DNA of 64,000 nucleotides, taken from assembly GCF_052425735.1 (NCBI RefSeq), contig NC_135761.1, forward strand, positions 38,688,001-38,752,000, written 5' to 3'. This document shows positions 49,561-63,760 of this stretch, one piece after another; within the stretch, counting starts at the first letter, position 1, and each line of letters starts with the position of its first letter. The notes below the pieces were generated by a model that saw nothing but the letters and a program-made list of their open reading frames with translations, did not search any database and was not told the origin of the DNA. Source of the DNA: Oculina patagonica. Lineage: Eukaryota. A program made the translations under genes and the position numbers.

Positions 49561-52234
49561 TCTTTGTAACTCTCATCCTTTAACTTTTAACTTTTAACTC
49601 TCATCCTGAAACTTTTTTTAGTTGAGTGAATATTTTTATTTGTAAAAAACATCTTTTACATTTTCAGTGAGTTACAAATGTTCATGGCTAGACTTATGCA
49701 GCATTTCATCCCTGCCAAGGGGGTTGTATTAAAGATGTTTAAGTTCACTCAACACCAATGTATGGCCATTCGTACATAAAAGCCTTCATAAATAATATCA
49801 CCTAATTATACAAAAACGGAAACAAGTGCTCTTCCTTAATAGTAATTCAAATAAAAACTTGAATCATCATGGTCTTCATCCTCATCTCGTTCAGAAAAGA
49901 GCCACTTTTCTGTGATTCATTTTTACATTCTCTATCTTCTTCACTTTCCCTGTTGGATTCTCTTTCGTTCTCCTCATCATCATCACTTTCAAACTGTTCA
50001 CCTGAAATGTACTGGCCATCATTCACAGAGTTGGTGTCTGATGTGTCTTTCTGTTCCCCGTCTGTAGTATTGCAGTCCTCATAAATGCATAATAATTAAA
50101 TAAATAACTGAACAAATAAAATAGGAATTTACAGTGACATCTCCACGTAGTGGCTGAATCAGTGGGATCAGACAAAAATGTTACTTTTTGTTACCCAAAA
50201 CAAAGGGGTGAGCCTTTAGTTTATTTAACTTAAGCTGCTTAGTTGACCAATCAGCAGAACATGCAAAATGTTACCAAAATGTTGGCTCTTTATTAATTGT
50301 ATTGTTAATTTAATTGAATGAAAGGGTCCAAATCAAGTTGTTGTTGTTGTTGTTGTTGTATATTTAATTTTACTATGAGAAATCTTCTGATAAATATTTT
50401 TAAAATGAAATATATGAAAATTTAGAAAAAAAATATGAAACTCTGCATGTTGTGTACATTTTTGCAAATCCAATCTTAAACTGATTCATCAAACAAATAA
50501 CAGGCAAATCAAGAGAATATTCATATTTTAAAACAACTCATTTATAGGGTTAGGACGCTATTGTATTTGTTGTTCGGGTCATTTTTTTCCCATTGTCCTT
50601 TCTTTGTTATGGATACTGCGTCATAATGCCTGAATGCACTGACTGCCTGTATCCACTGTCTCTTAATATAGTTCAGCTTGCAAGTTATTATTTCGTTCTG
50701 TCTAATGGCCTTGGTTAGTTTTGGGATTTTTTTCCACACCACAACATCCTATTACTTGTCAGGCAGCAAAATATAGTACTTTAAACTTTATTGCATTTCT
50801 CTCATGTCTCTCAAGTTGTCAGTTTCAAAACAAGTTCCCACTTGGACATTTTCCCCGTTTGCTTCAAGTTCCATACATTTTACAAGCGATTCTTGGTATC
50901 TCCCCCTCCCAATACGATTTTGCCTCGACTGCAAAAGTTTCAGTGAAATATTAAATCTTGTCGTGTTCATAAAGCAATCTTTACCTGCAGAGCAGTCCTC
51001 TTCGCTCAATACAGTACTTTCGCAGGGACTCTCGGACTCTGCATCTTCGCTGGCGATAGCAGCGACGTCCTGACTATCCTTGGAAGTACTGTTGGCAATC
51101 ATCGAAACTAAACAATTGCCTGTAAAATTTACACAACTGCAACAACATGCTGATTCCATAATGTCAGCGGTTGGAAAAATAATGATCAAGGGGAGATTTT
51201 TTCATCGGAACTCTCGGTCTCACAAATTGTGCAGCTGGTGCAGGTACTATTTCAAACACCCAGAGCAATCTAGCACTGTGACCTTCATTAGTCAGGTTGT
51301 TTGGGTCAAGGATCTGTCCAAGAAAGGTAAATTTCCATGCGATGATTATTTACAATACAAAGCGAAAAATAGCCACAAAAAACTTAACTTTAATATGAAA
51401 AGCAACGCAACGTGAATGCTCTTACAGCTGTCCGTCAATAAAAATTACTTTCTATTTTCACAACTTACCATTATATCACAGGACGAATTTACTTGAACAA
51501 GCAGAGGAGCTATACGTCCTTCTAAAAGAACATCAGTAGATTTTCCATCACGTCAGGAACAAGACAATGCTGTCGTTCACTTAAGTTTTCACCTTGCTCA
51601 CATGTGTTTCTCTGCAAACCAGGGTAACGCAAGTAAAACCTTTTAGACAACTTGCATGTTCAAGCTCAGATTCCATTTCTTTATGCAAAGCATTTAATAG
51701 ACGAGGCAATCAAATTTCCCTTGGTACTTTCGGAGAAAAAGTGTTCAGATAAAAAGTGTTCAGATTTGCGTTAATTAACTTAACTTAATATTTTCATAAT
51801 TTTGTATACTCCTTTTTTACAAAAATATTTTAAAAATGTACAGCTAAAAATTAAATAAAATTATCCTTACTATTATTAAAAGAGCTACATATAAAATGGT
51901 TCTATGAATCCATAAAATCCATAAAATTCTTCTTTCTTGTTGCTGTTGACATCTTTATAAAAACGGCTATGCTTCCCAACAGCTTTTTCTGAAAGGTCTT
52001 TGGAAGTTATATTCAGCATGACGTTTAAAGGAAGTGAATAACCCCTCTTGACGTTAAGGGTGCTGATTGACAAATCAATTACCTCACTTGGCACCTATAA
52101 CGCAAGATATACAAGGGAGGGGGGGGGGGAAATTCAGAGGAAGAGGTAGTAGAAATTCCTCGTGTACTAAACAAACTTGTTTGGTTCCTGTGTCAGCAAT
52201 CCTGAGAACATCAAGAGAGCACAATTTTTTAAAT

Positions 52235-52705
52235 TCTTTTTGTTTGGTCTTTACCACTTTCTACTCCAGGATGTTGGCTGTAAATAGTCCATCCGAGCAT
52301 TGTGAATTCTGCACCAGGGTCCTTGTCTGGGTTAGCTCCCTAGATTAAAGGCTCAGTTGTCCGTATTCATTGGTAGTCAGTTGCTCCAAGGATGATGTGC
52401 ACGGGCGTAGATTCGCCTGTTGTCTCCTCTTCAGTAAAAGGTAGTCGTCTGAACCGGCCATATTGTTTCTTCAAGTTGTGGATATTGGGGTTGGGCAGCG
52501 ATGTAAGCACGTTCTTTTCAGCATTGATGCATTCCACATCAAAGGAAAATCCCTCCACTGCTAGTGATTCGACTCTCAAGTTCTATACCTCTACATTTTG
52601 TTGTGTAGTTCGAACATTTGTTTAATGCATCTTTGTTCCTTTCTGCTTGGCTTCAAATCGAGTTTAGTGATGATGTCCATGCTCAAGTAAGAGCTGTCTG
52701 CCTTG
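52235..52705 (-). mobile_element. BEL/Pao LTR retrotransposon protease-region fragment (again at about 57457-57927)
   Basis: DSSYLS..ITKLDLKP; LTSLPNP; PVHIILGATDY; AEFTMLGW. Confidence 0.75.
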
Positions 52706-52749
52706 TGAGTTTTTATGTCCCCTCTCTCAACTATTATATCAATCACTTC

Positions 52750-53837
52750 ATCCATGTGTTGACAAGCAGCTAACATGGTGTTACTATTGCAACTACCTGC
52801 ATTATCCTGTTGGGGAGAGGTGGAAGGTATTTCATGATGCTCTTTCTTTATCTCCTGAAGTGTGTATCGTACTATGCTGACGACCACATCACTGTCTTTT
52901 GTATAAATTCTCAAGTATGTGTACATAGACTTGATGCTGCAGCTTGTCTTTATGACTGTGCAAACAACACTGATGTGCCACGAGATCCTCTTTTGGAAAA
53001 CCAATCAGCCTGAGTATCACTGTAGCCAACTCCAGATCAGGTGCCTTTCCTAAAAGGGCATATGCTAGGGGGAGCAGCATTGATCTAGTCTAACAAGCCT
53101 AATGCAAGAAAATAATATGGGTTGAAAAAAATGTGCATGGATAATGTTTTTTATTTATTTAGGCAGGCTTGCATACATGTACATTATGTTCTGTACATTT
53201 TAAACCATAATAAGTTTTGGTTATGTAACTTAAATTAAATTCACTTATGAAAAAGTTGACATACGTCACAAGGTGAAAACTTTTCATTCTTTTGGGTGTT
53301 ACTTTGGTTCCAATCCCTTTCCATTGATAGATCTTTGTCCTAACTACTCATTCCTTGCAAAAAAGGATGTCACAGCGGAAACACCGTAAGCCAAAATTTA
53401 CCAAGATTGCAGTTCCTGCATGGTTATTGATCGCTTGCTTCAATAGTGGCAGAGGGTAGTTTTGATCCGCTTAACCTTGTCCTCTGGCTGCCTGGCTTTC
53501 ATTTTATGTGAATCTAGAATGATTCCCATTAACTGAATAACTTTGGAATGGGAATGTTAAGATTTTTGAACGAAAAGATCATGCTAGATAGACTTTGGGA
53601 GCAGGAGGTTTAATTATAAGAAAGTCATCCAAGATGCAGCTTGTCTTCATGCCTATGCACAGCAATGCCGATGTGCCATGACATCCTTATTTTAGCAAAC
53701 CAATCATTCTGAATTTCCCTGTACTTTTGTGGTAGGAACTTCATCGCCCAGTCTATTGTGATGAGAACTGATGTTCTGTCCAAGCTTTCTTGCCTTGTCC
53801 TGCTGAAATTATTGACCCCAACTGATAAGCATTCCAC
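52750..53837 (-). mobile_element. Sola-type transposase fragments (again at about 57970-59059)
   Basis: IDWAMKFLPQKYREIQNDWFAKIRMSWH; KRISWHISV..QDNAG. Confidence 0.7.
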
Positions 53838-54949
53838 GATTAAATTGCCTTACAGGCTTGCTGAAATGTGTGCACACAGACTAAATCAGGAAATAATATA
53901 ATTTAACTTCATTTGGCTCTGATCCATAACTTTTACTCATTCATAAAAAGAAATCTGTCTAACGTATAAAAAATGGAAAACAAAGTGCTATTTTTAACAG
54001 TCATTCAGCTGTAATCGTTGTTTTCATTGTCATTATCTTCAAAAAAAGGAGTCACTTTTCTGAGCTTTTACATTCTCTGTCTTCTCCACTTTTTCTGTTG
54101 GTTTTTCTTTGCTTCTCCTCGCCCTTACTTTCAGCTTCAAACTCTTTACCTGAGTTGCACTGACGATAATTCTTCAGAGTCAATGTCTGATGTGTCACTC
54201 TGTTCCCCTTACACAGTATTGCTGTCCTCATCCTTTAACAATTCCTATAACACGTCAAGGAAAGGAAAAGGTTTCAGGATTTCTGTCTTTCTGAATCACC
54301 TGCTTTTTCATTAGCATTTTTACTCGGGAAGTCTGGAAAGTCAGAAGTGCCTTCGTTGGCATCTCCCTCAGTCTCTAACCACCTAATCACAACAGCAAAA
54401 CTTCATTGAACCCATCCTTTGTCACTCACTGGTTTTGCGTTTGTCAGAAGCTGCCTGAGGAATGCAGTGTCACTCTCTAATACTGGATCTTCTCGAATCT
54501 GATGGCTAGCTCTTAAGCCAGTCTGGCACCCAAAAGTGTATGCTGCCACATCTTCCAACTCCTGAACTTCTTCTTGAAGCGTTTCTTCATATATTCTGCT
54601 CCAGCTGAAGCAGTCTTTGCTGAAATTGACTTCACCATATTAAAAGCCCAATGCATTCTGGTTGGGTTACATTGAATTTTCTTTTTTTTTCCTTTATGAC
54701 GTGGGTGAAGGGGGAGGGGTGGTTAATTAAACCGAGCAGCACAAACATATTTCCCTTCCAGGGTTTTTTTAGACTAATGGAGACTTGATCTTGGACATCT
54801 TCAATTTAACATGACATGACATGCCCATTGTAGTCAAAATGAATACTATTAGGTAGTGTATATAACATTCTACTTTAAAGAAGTTTCAATTTCAAGAGTT
54901 TCAAATCTAGAAATGCTGCAGGTGCTCGTAGAGCCAGGAGTCTGCCAAG

Positions 54950-55520
54950 CAACAGATGAAATGGGGGGGGGGGGAAACGGACTCCCCGTAGCAAAACAAA
55001 CTGTAGGCACAAAGGAAGGAAATACAAGTGACTCACCAGGCGTCGAGGCGACAGACGGCACTGGAAATTGGCTGGACGAAGCGAGCGTCGAAGCATGTGA
55101 TTGACTTGATTCACTCGTAGCAACTGACGAAGAAGGAACTTGAGGAATCTGGCGAAGGGCTTGTACCGCGTTATTAATCATCGGCTGGAGCAGGGCATGA
55201 AGGCTTACCGATGTCACCGGCCGAGCAGGAACAGCGGAGCTGGACGAAACGGCGGCCATTGAGGTCTGCAAGGAAGGCATTGTGGCGTACGATACCACAC
55301 AAGACACTTGTGGGGCTTGAGGTACAGCTGGGGCGGTGCTGGACGCCTGTGACATTGTAGAACACCTGAATAGCAGAAAACCGTAAAGGACACAGCGAAA
55401 AAGTGGACTACAGAGAGTACGAACCGGCGCAAAGAACGATAGAACGAAACGATGCTTGTACCAGGCACTAAAGCCCGCTGTGAGCCCGCGGGCGAGAGCG
55501 AGGCTAGGCCGAGCCCGGGG
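54950..55520 (-). mobile_element. Possible DIRS/Ngaro 5' region and Ser/Pro/Ala-rich ORF1 start (again at about 60170-60740)
   Basis: GC-rich island with low-complexity ORF MSQASSTAPAVP..VFPSFVPTVC; no diagnostic domain. Confidence 0.3.
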
Positions 55521-55828
55521 TCTGAAAGCTCCGCTAAACATTAACTTATGCCAACGAACTTGACACCAAGTGACCACTGAGTTTGTAGCTTGGTTACCAA
55601 GTCCTCAAGCATGCTTCATATCGCTACAAACTTTGTTTGTCGAGTGTTTTTCAAAGATTCTCAAGCTTTTTTGGTGTTTTCCTTGTCTTCTAAAGTCATT
55701 TTCCATGCTTAGAAAGGTTTGTTTCAAATGAGTATGCTTGGTTTTCTTTGTCTAATTTCAACAAAATGCTGGCATATACAAATGTTACTTAAACTTGTTT
55801 TATATCAGCGATAATAAACTTTGCATTT

Positions 55829-56328
55829 NNNNNNNNNNNNNNNNNNNNNNNNNNNNNNNNNNNNNNNNNNNNNNNNNNNNNNNNNNNNNNNNNNNNNNNN
55901 NNNNNNNNNNNNNNNNNNNNNNNNNNNNNNNNNNNNNNNNNNNNNNNNNNNNNNNNNNNNNNNNNNNNNNNNNNNNNNNNNNNNNNNNNNNNNNNNNNNN
56001 NNNNNNNNNNNNNNNNNNNNNNNNNNNNNNNNNNNNNNNNNNNNNNNNNNNNNNNNNNNNNNNNNNNNNNNNNNNNNNNNNNNNNNNNNNNNNNNNNNNN
56101 NNNNNNNNNNNNNNNNNNNNNNNNNNNNNNNNNNNNNNNNNNNNNNNNNNNNNNNNNNNNNNNNNNNNNNNNNNNNNNNNNNNNNNNNNNNNNNNNNNNN
56201 NNNNNNNNNNNNNNNNNNNNNNNNNNNNNNNNNNNNNNNNNNNNNNNNNNNNNNNNNNNNNNNNNNNNNNNNNNNNNNNNNNNNNNNNNNNNNNNNNNNN
56301 NNNNNNNNNNNNNNNNNNNNNNNNNNNN
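55829..56328. other. Assembly gap (500 N)
   Basis: Run of N. Confidence 1.
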
Positions 56329-59300
56329 AACTAAACAATTGCCTGTAAAATTTACACAACTGCAACAACATGCTGATTCCATAATGTCAGCGGTTGGAAA
56401 AATAATGATCAAGGGGAGATTTTTTCATCGGAACTCTCGGTCTCACAAATTGTGCAGCTGGTGCAGGTACTATTTCAAACACCCAGAGCAATCTAGCACT
56501 GTGACCTTCATTAGTCAGGTTGTTTGGATCAAGGATCTGTCCAAGAAAGGTAAATTTCCATGCGATGATTATTTACAATACAAAGCGAAAAATAGCCACA
56601 AAAAACTTAACTTTAATATGAAAAGCAACGCAACGTGAATGCTCTTACAGCTGTCCGTCAATAAAAATTACTTTCTATCTTCACAACTTACCATTATATC
56701 ACAGGACGAATTTACTTGAACAAGCAGAGGAGCTATACGTCCTTCTAAAAGAACATCAGTAGATTTTCCATCACGTCAGGAACAAGACAATGCTGTCGTT
56801 CACTTAAGTTTTCACCTTGCTCACATGTGTTTCTCTGCAAACCAGGGTAACGCAAGTAAAACCTTTTAGACAACTTGCATGTTCAAGCTCAGATTCCATT
56901 TCTTTATGCAAAGCATTTAATAGACGAGGCAATCAAATTTCCCTTGGTACTTTCGGAGAAAAAGTGTTCAGATAAAAAGTGTTCAGATTTGCGTTAATTA
57001 ACTTAACTTAATATTTTCATAATTTTGTATACTCCTTTTTTACAAAAATATTTTAAAAATGTACAGCTAAAAATTAAATAAAATTATCCTTACTATTATT
57101 AAAAGAGCTACATATAAAATGGTTCTATGAATCCATAAAATCCATAAAATTCTTCTTTCTTGTTGCTGTTGACATCTTTATAAAAACGGCTATGCTTCCC
57201 AACAGCTTTTTCTGAAAGGTCTTTGGAAGTTATATTCAGCATGACGTTTAAAGGAAGTGAATAACCCCTCTTGACGTTAAGGGTGCTGATTGACAAATCA
57301 ATTACCTCACTTGGCACCTATAACGCAAGATATACAAGGGAGGGGGGGGGGAAATTCAGAGGAAGAGGTAGTAGAAATTCCTCGTGTACTAAACAAACTT
57401 GTTTGGTTCCTGTGTCAGCAATCCTGAGAACATCAAGAGAGCACAATTTTTTAAATTCTTTTTGTTTGGTCTTTACCACTTTCTACTCCAGGATGTTGGC
57501 TGTAAATAGTCCATCCGAGCATTGTGAATTCTGCACCAGGGTCCTTGTCTGGGTTAGCTCCCTAGATTAAAGGCTCAGTTGTCCGTATTCATTGGTAGTC
57601 AGTTGCTCCAAGGATGATGTGCACGGGCGTAGATTCGCCTGTTGTCTCCTCTTCAGTAAAAGGTAGTCGTCTGAACCGGCCATATTGTTTCTTCAAGTTG
57701 TGGATATTGGGGTTGGGCAGCGATGTAAGCACGTTCTTTTCAGCATTGATGCATTCCACATCAAAGGAAAATCCCTCCACTGCTAGTGATTCGACTCTCA
57801 AGTTCTATACCTCTACATTTTGTTGTGTAGTTCGAACATTTGTTTAATGCATCTTTGTTCCTTTCTGCTTGGCTTCAAATCGAGTTTAGTGATGATGTCC
57901 ATGCTCAAGTAAGAGCTGTCTGCCTTGTGAGTTTTTATGTCCCCTCTCTCAACTATTATATCAATCACTTCATCCATGTGTTGACAAGCAGCTAACATGG
58001 TGTTACTATTGCAACTACCTGCATTATCCTGTTGGGGAGAGGTGGAAGGTATTTCATGATGCTCTTTCTTTATCTCCTGAAGTGTGTATCGTACTATGCT
58101 GACGACCACATCACTGTCTTTTGTATAAATTCTCAAGTATGTGTACATAGACTTGATGCTGCAGCTTGTCTTTATGACTGTGCAAACAACACTGATGTGC
58201 CACGAGATCCTCTTTTGGAAAACCAATCAGCCTGAGTATCACTGTAGCCAACTCCAGATCAGGTGCCTTTCCTAAAAGGGCATATGCTAGGGGGAGCAGC
58301 ATTGATCTAGTCTAACAAGCCTAATGCAAGAAAATAATATGGGTTGAAAAAAATGTGCATGGATAATGTTTTTTATTTATTTAGGCAGGCTTGCATACAT
58401 GTACATTATGTTCTGTACATTTTAAACCATAATAAGTTTTGGTTATGTAACTTAAATTAAATTCACTTATGAAAAAGTTGACATACGTCACAAGGTGAAA
58501 ACTTTTCATTCTTTTGGGTGTTACTTTGGTTCCAATCCCTTTCCATTGATAGATCTTTGTCCTAACTACTCATTCCTTGCAAAAAAGGATGTCACAGCGG
58601 AAACACCGTAAGCCAAAATTTACCAAGATTGCAGTTCCTGCATGGTTATTGATCGCTTGCTTCAATAGTGGCAGAGGGTAGTTTTGATCCGCTTAACCTT
58701 GTCCTCTGGCTGCCTGGCTTTCATTTTATGTGAATCTAGAATGATTCCCATTAACTGAATAACTTTGGAATGGGAATGTTAAGATTTTTGAACGAAAAGA
58801 TCATGCTAGATAGACTTTGGGAGCAGGAGGTTTAATTATAAGAAAGTCATCCAAGATGCAGCTTGTCTTCATGCCTATGCACAGCAATGCCGATGTGCCA
58901 TGACATCCTTATTTTAGCAAACCAATCATTCTGAATTTCCCTGTACTTTTGTGGTAGGAACTTCATCGCCCAGTCTATTGTGATGAGAACTGATGTTCTG
59001 TCCAAGCTTTCTTGCCTTGTCCTGCTGAAATTATTGACCCCAACTGATAAGCATTCCACGATTAAATTGCCTTACAGGCTTGCTGAAATGTGTGCACACA
59101 GACTAAATCAGGAAATAATATAATTTAACTTCATTTGGCTCTGATCCATAACTTTTACTCATTCATAAAAAGAAATCTGTCTAACGTATAAAAAATGGAA
59201 AACAAAGTGCTATTTTTAACAGTCATTCAGCTGTAATCGTTGTTTTCATTGTCATTATCTTCAAAAAAAGGAGTCACTTTTCTGAGCTTTTACATTCTCT

Positions 59301-61048
59301 GTCTTCTCCACTTTTTCTGTTGGTTTTTCTTTGCTTCTCCTCGCCCTTACTTTCAGCTTCAAACTCTTTACCTGAGTTGCACTGACGATAATTCTTCAGA
59401 GTCAATGTCTGATGTGTCACTCTGTTCCCCTTACACAGTATTGCTGTCCTCATCCTTTAACAATTCCTATAACACGTCAAGGAAAGGAAAAGGTTTCAGG
59501 ATTTCTGTCTTTCTGAATCACCTGCTTTTTCATTAGCATTTTTACTCGGGAAGTCTGGAAAGTCAGAAGTGCCTTCGTTGGCATCTCCCTCAGTCTCTAA
59601 CCACCTAATCACAACAGCAAAACTTCATTGAACCCATCCTTTGTCACTCACTGGTTTTGCGTTTGTCAGAAGCTGCCTGAGGAATGCAGTGTCACTCTCT
59701 AATACTGGATCTTCTCGAATCTGATGGCTAGCTCTTAAGCCAGTCTGGCACCCAAAAGTGTATGCTGCCACATCTTCCAACTCCTGAACTTCTTCTTGAA
59801 GCGTTTCTTCATATATTCTGCTCCAGCTGAAGCAGTCTTTGCTGAAATTGACTTCACCATATTAAAAGCCCAATGCATTCTGGTTGGGTTACATTGAATT
59901 TTCTTTTTTTTCCTTTATGACGTGGGTGAAGGGGGAGGGGTGGTTAATTAAACCGAGCAGCACAAACATATTTCCCTTCCAGGGTTTTTTTAGACTAATG
60001 GAGACTTGATCTTGGACATCTTCAATTTAACATGACATGACATGCCCATTGTAGTCAAAATGAATACTATTAGGTAGTGTATATAACATTCTACTTTAAA
60101 GAAGTTTCAATTTCAAGAGTTTCAAATCTAGAAATGCTGCAGGTGCTCGTAGAGCCAGGAGTCTGCCAAGCAACAGATGAAATGGGGGGGGGGAAACGGA
60201 CTCCCCGTAGCAAAACAAACTGTAGGCACAAAGGAAGGAAATACAAGTGACTCACCAGGCGTCGAGGCGACAGACGGCACTGGAAATTGGCTGGACGAAG
60301 CGAGCGTCGAAGCATGTGATTGACTTGATTCACTCGTAGCAACTGACGAAGAAGGAACTTGAGGAATCTGGCGAAGGGCTTGTACCGCGTTATTAATCAT
60401 CGGCTGGAGCAGGGCATGAAGGCTTACCGATGTCACCGGCCGAGCAGGAACAGCGGAGCTGGACGAAACGGCGGCCATTGAGGTCTGCAAGGAAGGCATT
60501 GTGGCGTACGATACCACACAAGACACTTGTGGGGCTTGAGGTACAGCTGGGGCGGTGCTGGACGCCTGTGACATTGTAGAACACCTGAATAGCAGAAAAC
60601 CGTAAAGGACACAGCGAAAAAGTGGACTACAGAGAGTACGAACCGGCGCAAAGAACGATAGAACGAAACGATGCTTGTACCAGGCACTAAAGCCCGCTGT
60701 GAGCCCGCGGGCGAGAGCGAGGCTAGGCCGAGCCCGGGGTCTGGAAAGCTCCGCTAAACATTAACTTATGCCAACGAACTTGACACCAAGTGACCACTGA
60801 GTTTGTAGCTTGGTTACCAAGTCCTCAAGCATGCTTCATATCGCTACAAACTTTGTTTGTCGAGTGTTTTTCAAAGATTCTCAAGCTTTTTTGGTGTTTT
60901 CCTTGTCTTCTAAAGTCATTTTCCATGCTTAGAAAGGTTTGTTTCAAATGAGTATGCTTGGTTTTCTTTGTCTAATTTCAACAAAATGCTGGCATATACA
61001 AATGTTACTTAAACTTGTTTTATATCAGCGATAATAAACTTTGCATTT
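56329..61048 (+). repeat. 4.7-kb near-identical direct duplication, copy 2
   Basis: Starts exactly at the gap; matches 51106-55828. Confidence 0.97.
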
Positions 61049-61129
61049 AAACTTTGTTTCTTATATCTTTAGTAGAAAAGTCAATAAACAACATTGTGTT
61101 TTCATTTCTCTTGTTTTAACTGTAAGTTC

Positions 61130-61269
61130 CGGTAAAATGGCGGTCATAAGATTTTGTTGGGCGAAAATACTCCGCTATAAGACGCACCCCAATTTTGGCA
61201 TGAACTTCCCACAGAAAAACTGATTTTTCTCGAAAAAACCGTGCGCCTTATAACCGAATAACTACGGTA
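61130..61269 (-). mobile_element. pogo/Tigger-like terminus
   Basis: Minus strand TA|CCGTAGTTATTCGGTTATAAGGCGCAC, with an internal inverted TATAAGACGCAC copy. Confidence 0.6.
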
Positions 61270-62289
61270 ATAAGTATAGAAGGTTATGGGTAAACAATAA
61301 ATGTTGGTTTGCAAAGGCTTCTCATGATAGCTTAATTTAGTACTAGTGGGATACTAATATTTTTGTTCAGAGTTCTAATTAACATCCCTTTTGCATAATT
61401 TAAAAATTATATTAAACAAATTCTTCTACTTACCTCTATGGGAGTTTCAGCTGCCTTTGAAACAATGCTGTTTAGAAGGTCCTCTGTGTCCTTTTCATCG
61501 TGAACATGTTTTGTGTGCTTATTAGTATAGGCAATCACAGCTGTTCCTTTCCCCAACGCCATTATCTGTTTGTGGTTTGGAATTACAGCTTTGACCATCC
61601 AATCCTTTTAAACGGGAAAATACTCCTCTTTCATCCCAAGCTTTGCAAGAATCTGTAATTCACATTGTAAAAGAGGAAGTGTTCAGTTTCTGTGATACAA
61701 AAACTCATTTACAACTCATGTCCAGAAACTAAAAAAGAAAATAATGTTTGATAAGTGTCTTTGTATCTGCTAAAGCCATGGCTAAATAATGTTACGTTAA
61801 ATTTTCTAGGCCAAAATTTCCCCAACCCCAAGTCTAAATACTAGTGCAACTGGATGAGTCTATCTACATCTCGCTGCATTTCGGATAGGGCTGTGCCACT
61901 AAGGTTATTAAACCCTGACCCTATTTAACAAAAAGAAAAGAAAAATACCCTTTTCATTGCCTAATACCGGAAAAACATCACCCAACTCAAGGGGAAGAGA
62001 AGCATTGCATGACGACTCACATAACAGCTTATAACTGGGCATGCAGGCAAATCTTTTAAACATTGCTTTGCTTTTACATGAACGGACATGTACAGGTCAT
62101 CTTTACAGTACATTTTTCTTTATTTAGCTGGGTGTTGAAAATGTAAAATGTAAATGTTGTTTATAGTGGTCATGCACTGCAGGCATGCCACTGAAACAGC
62201 GGAAACAAATATTCTAAGTGAACATAACATGATTAAAAATCCTGGGAGCAAAATTATCTATTTTTGCATTCACAAACTAAAGCTTTTTT

Positions 62290-63760
62290 TCATAAAGTAA
62301 TTGACAGTAGTCCTTTATTTTGCTGCATAAATTGTGGTCTGCGAGAATGCCACAACGTGATGGTGGTAATAATTCAAAAGGCCAGTTGGTAGTACTTGGG
62401 TCCTCCTCTGCTGCAGTAATAACTTAAGAAGTCTGATATTTTTGGATTTGTCAAAGTCTTAATTGCCACTATTACTTTTGTTGGCGGTCTTCAACTTCAC
62501 ATGTAAACTTCTCAGCTGTTCAAGTTTTTCTCTACAACGTGCCCTGAACTGGTGCCAGACATTGCTACAATAATGAAACTGGTTGTATGAGGGCGTTATT
62601 AACGTCTTTTTTCATGTAAAAACACGAGAAAGAAGTTCCTGTTTGCCACTAAAGTGGAAGATCATTAACCAAAAGCATGCTTTTACCAAATGGTGCCAAT
62701 GCAACTCTACACACAAGCCGTCTGACCCTTAACTAGTGGCCTCTCTTATATCTACTGGAGATAACCAAAGGCAGCCCGGACAATTTGTGGTTTGTGTGAT
62801 CTTTATTAGAGAAGCGAAACCAATTAATACGGGCCAAACATGTTTCTTTCATTTGACGTTTTGGTCCAGTGTTGCAGCAGCACTCGCACTTTAAAATTAA
62901 AAACAAACAGATCCATAAAACATAGCATATGACTCTTCTATTCCCCCAAATGCCATAATGTTGCTGGAACAGTCAACTTGATTTAAATCAGAATTAAACA
63001 TGCTGCCATTGATGGAACAGCGAGCGAACTTATCTATTCTTGCATTCACAAACTGAAGCTTCTCTTCATTAAGTAATTGACTGTATTCCTTTATTTTGCT
63101 GTATAGCTTCTGGTCTGTGAGAATGCCACAACGTAATGGTGGTAACAATTCAAAAGGCCAGTTGGTAGTACTTGGGTCCTCCCCTTCGTCGATGTGGCAG
63201 TAATAACTTAAGAAGCCTGATATTTCTGGATTTGTCAAAGTCTTACTTGCCACTATCTGCTTTTGTTGACTGAACACCGACAAATGTCAGGAATGGGAAG
63301 AACCATATCGTTGATTGATACATTTCATTTTGAGAGTAAAGTTTGCAGAGCATATCATGGTGCTCTCCTAGTTTTCAACCCAGAACAGTCAAGTCTTGAG
63401 TTAAAAAGTGCTGTGGTGATATGTCTATAGTTTCACATAGTTTTCGCATGCATTTGAAGGCAGGCTGACTAATCAGACCCAGCAGGCAAGAGCGAGCATA
63501 GATGATTGCATAGTGTTTCCACTGCTCAGCAGTAACACCTCTTAAGCTGTTCTTCTCCAATAGACTAGTAGGTAATCTTCCAATATTGTGTGGAACTTGT
63601 AAGTCGTGAACTCGTTGGTAAAATGTCTGCAGTTTGTGGAGTGGTATGGCGTGTTGAAAATGGGGACTTTCTGTGTCTTGACTTAAATACAATTCCATAT
63701 CTTTTCATGCATTGGGTCTACTACGCACATTCTTAGCAGGTTGAGGAAGGGCAGTCTTAA
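62290..63760 (-). mobile_element. CACTA/EnSpm transposase pseudogene, copy D (internal duplication 62290-62480 vs 63070-63265)
   Basis: VDPMH; LQVPHNIGRLP..GVTAEQWKHY; FARCSING..YGSVCF. Confidence 0.75.

Larger units (their letters stand above)
51106..55828 (+). repeat. 4.7-kb near-identical direct duplication, copy 1
   Basis: Matches 56329-61048 apart from a few substitutions and homopolymer lengths; ends exactly at the gap. Confidence 0.97.

Noticed and set aside
50336-50359. (GTT)n and other short microsatellites (e.g. (GAT)n near 2165, (ATT)n near 36065)
   Set aside because: Ordinary simple repeats
55789-56412. ORFs of 175-207 aa
   Set aside because: Artifacts of translating the N gap
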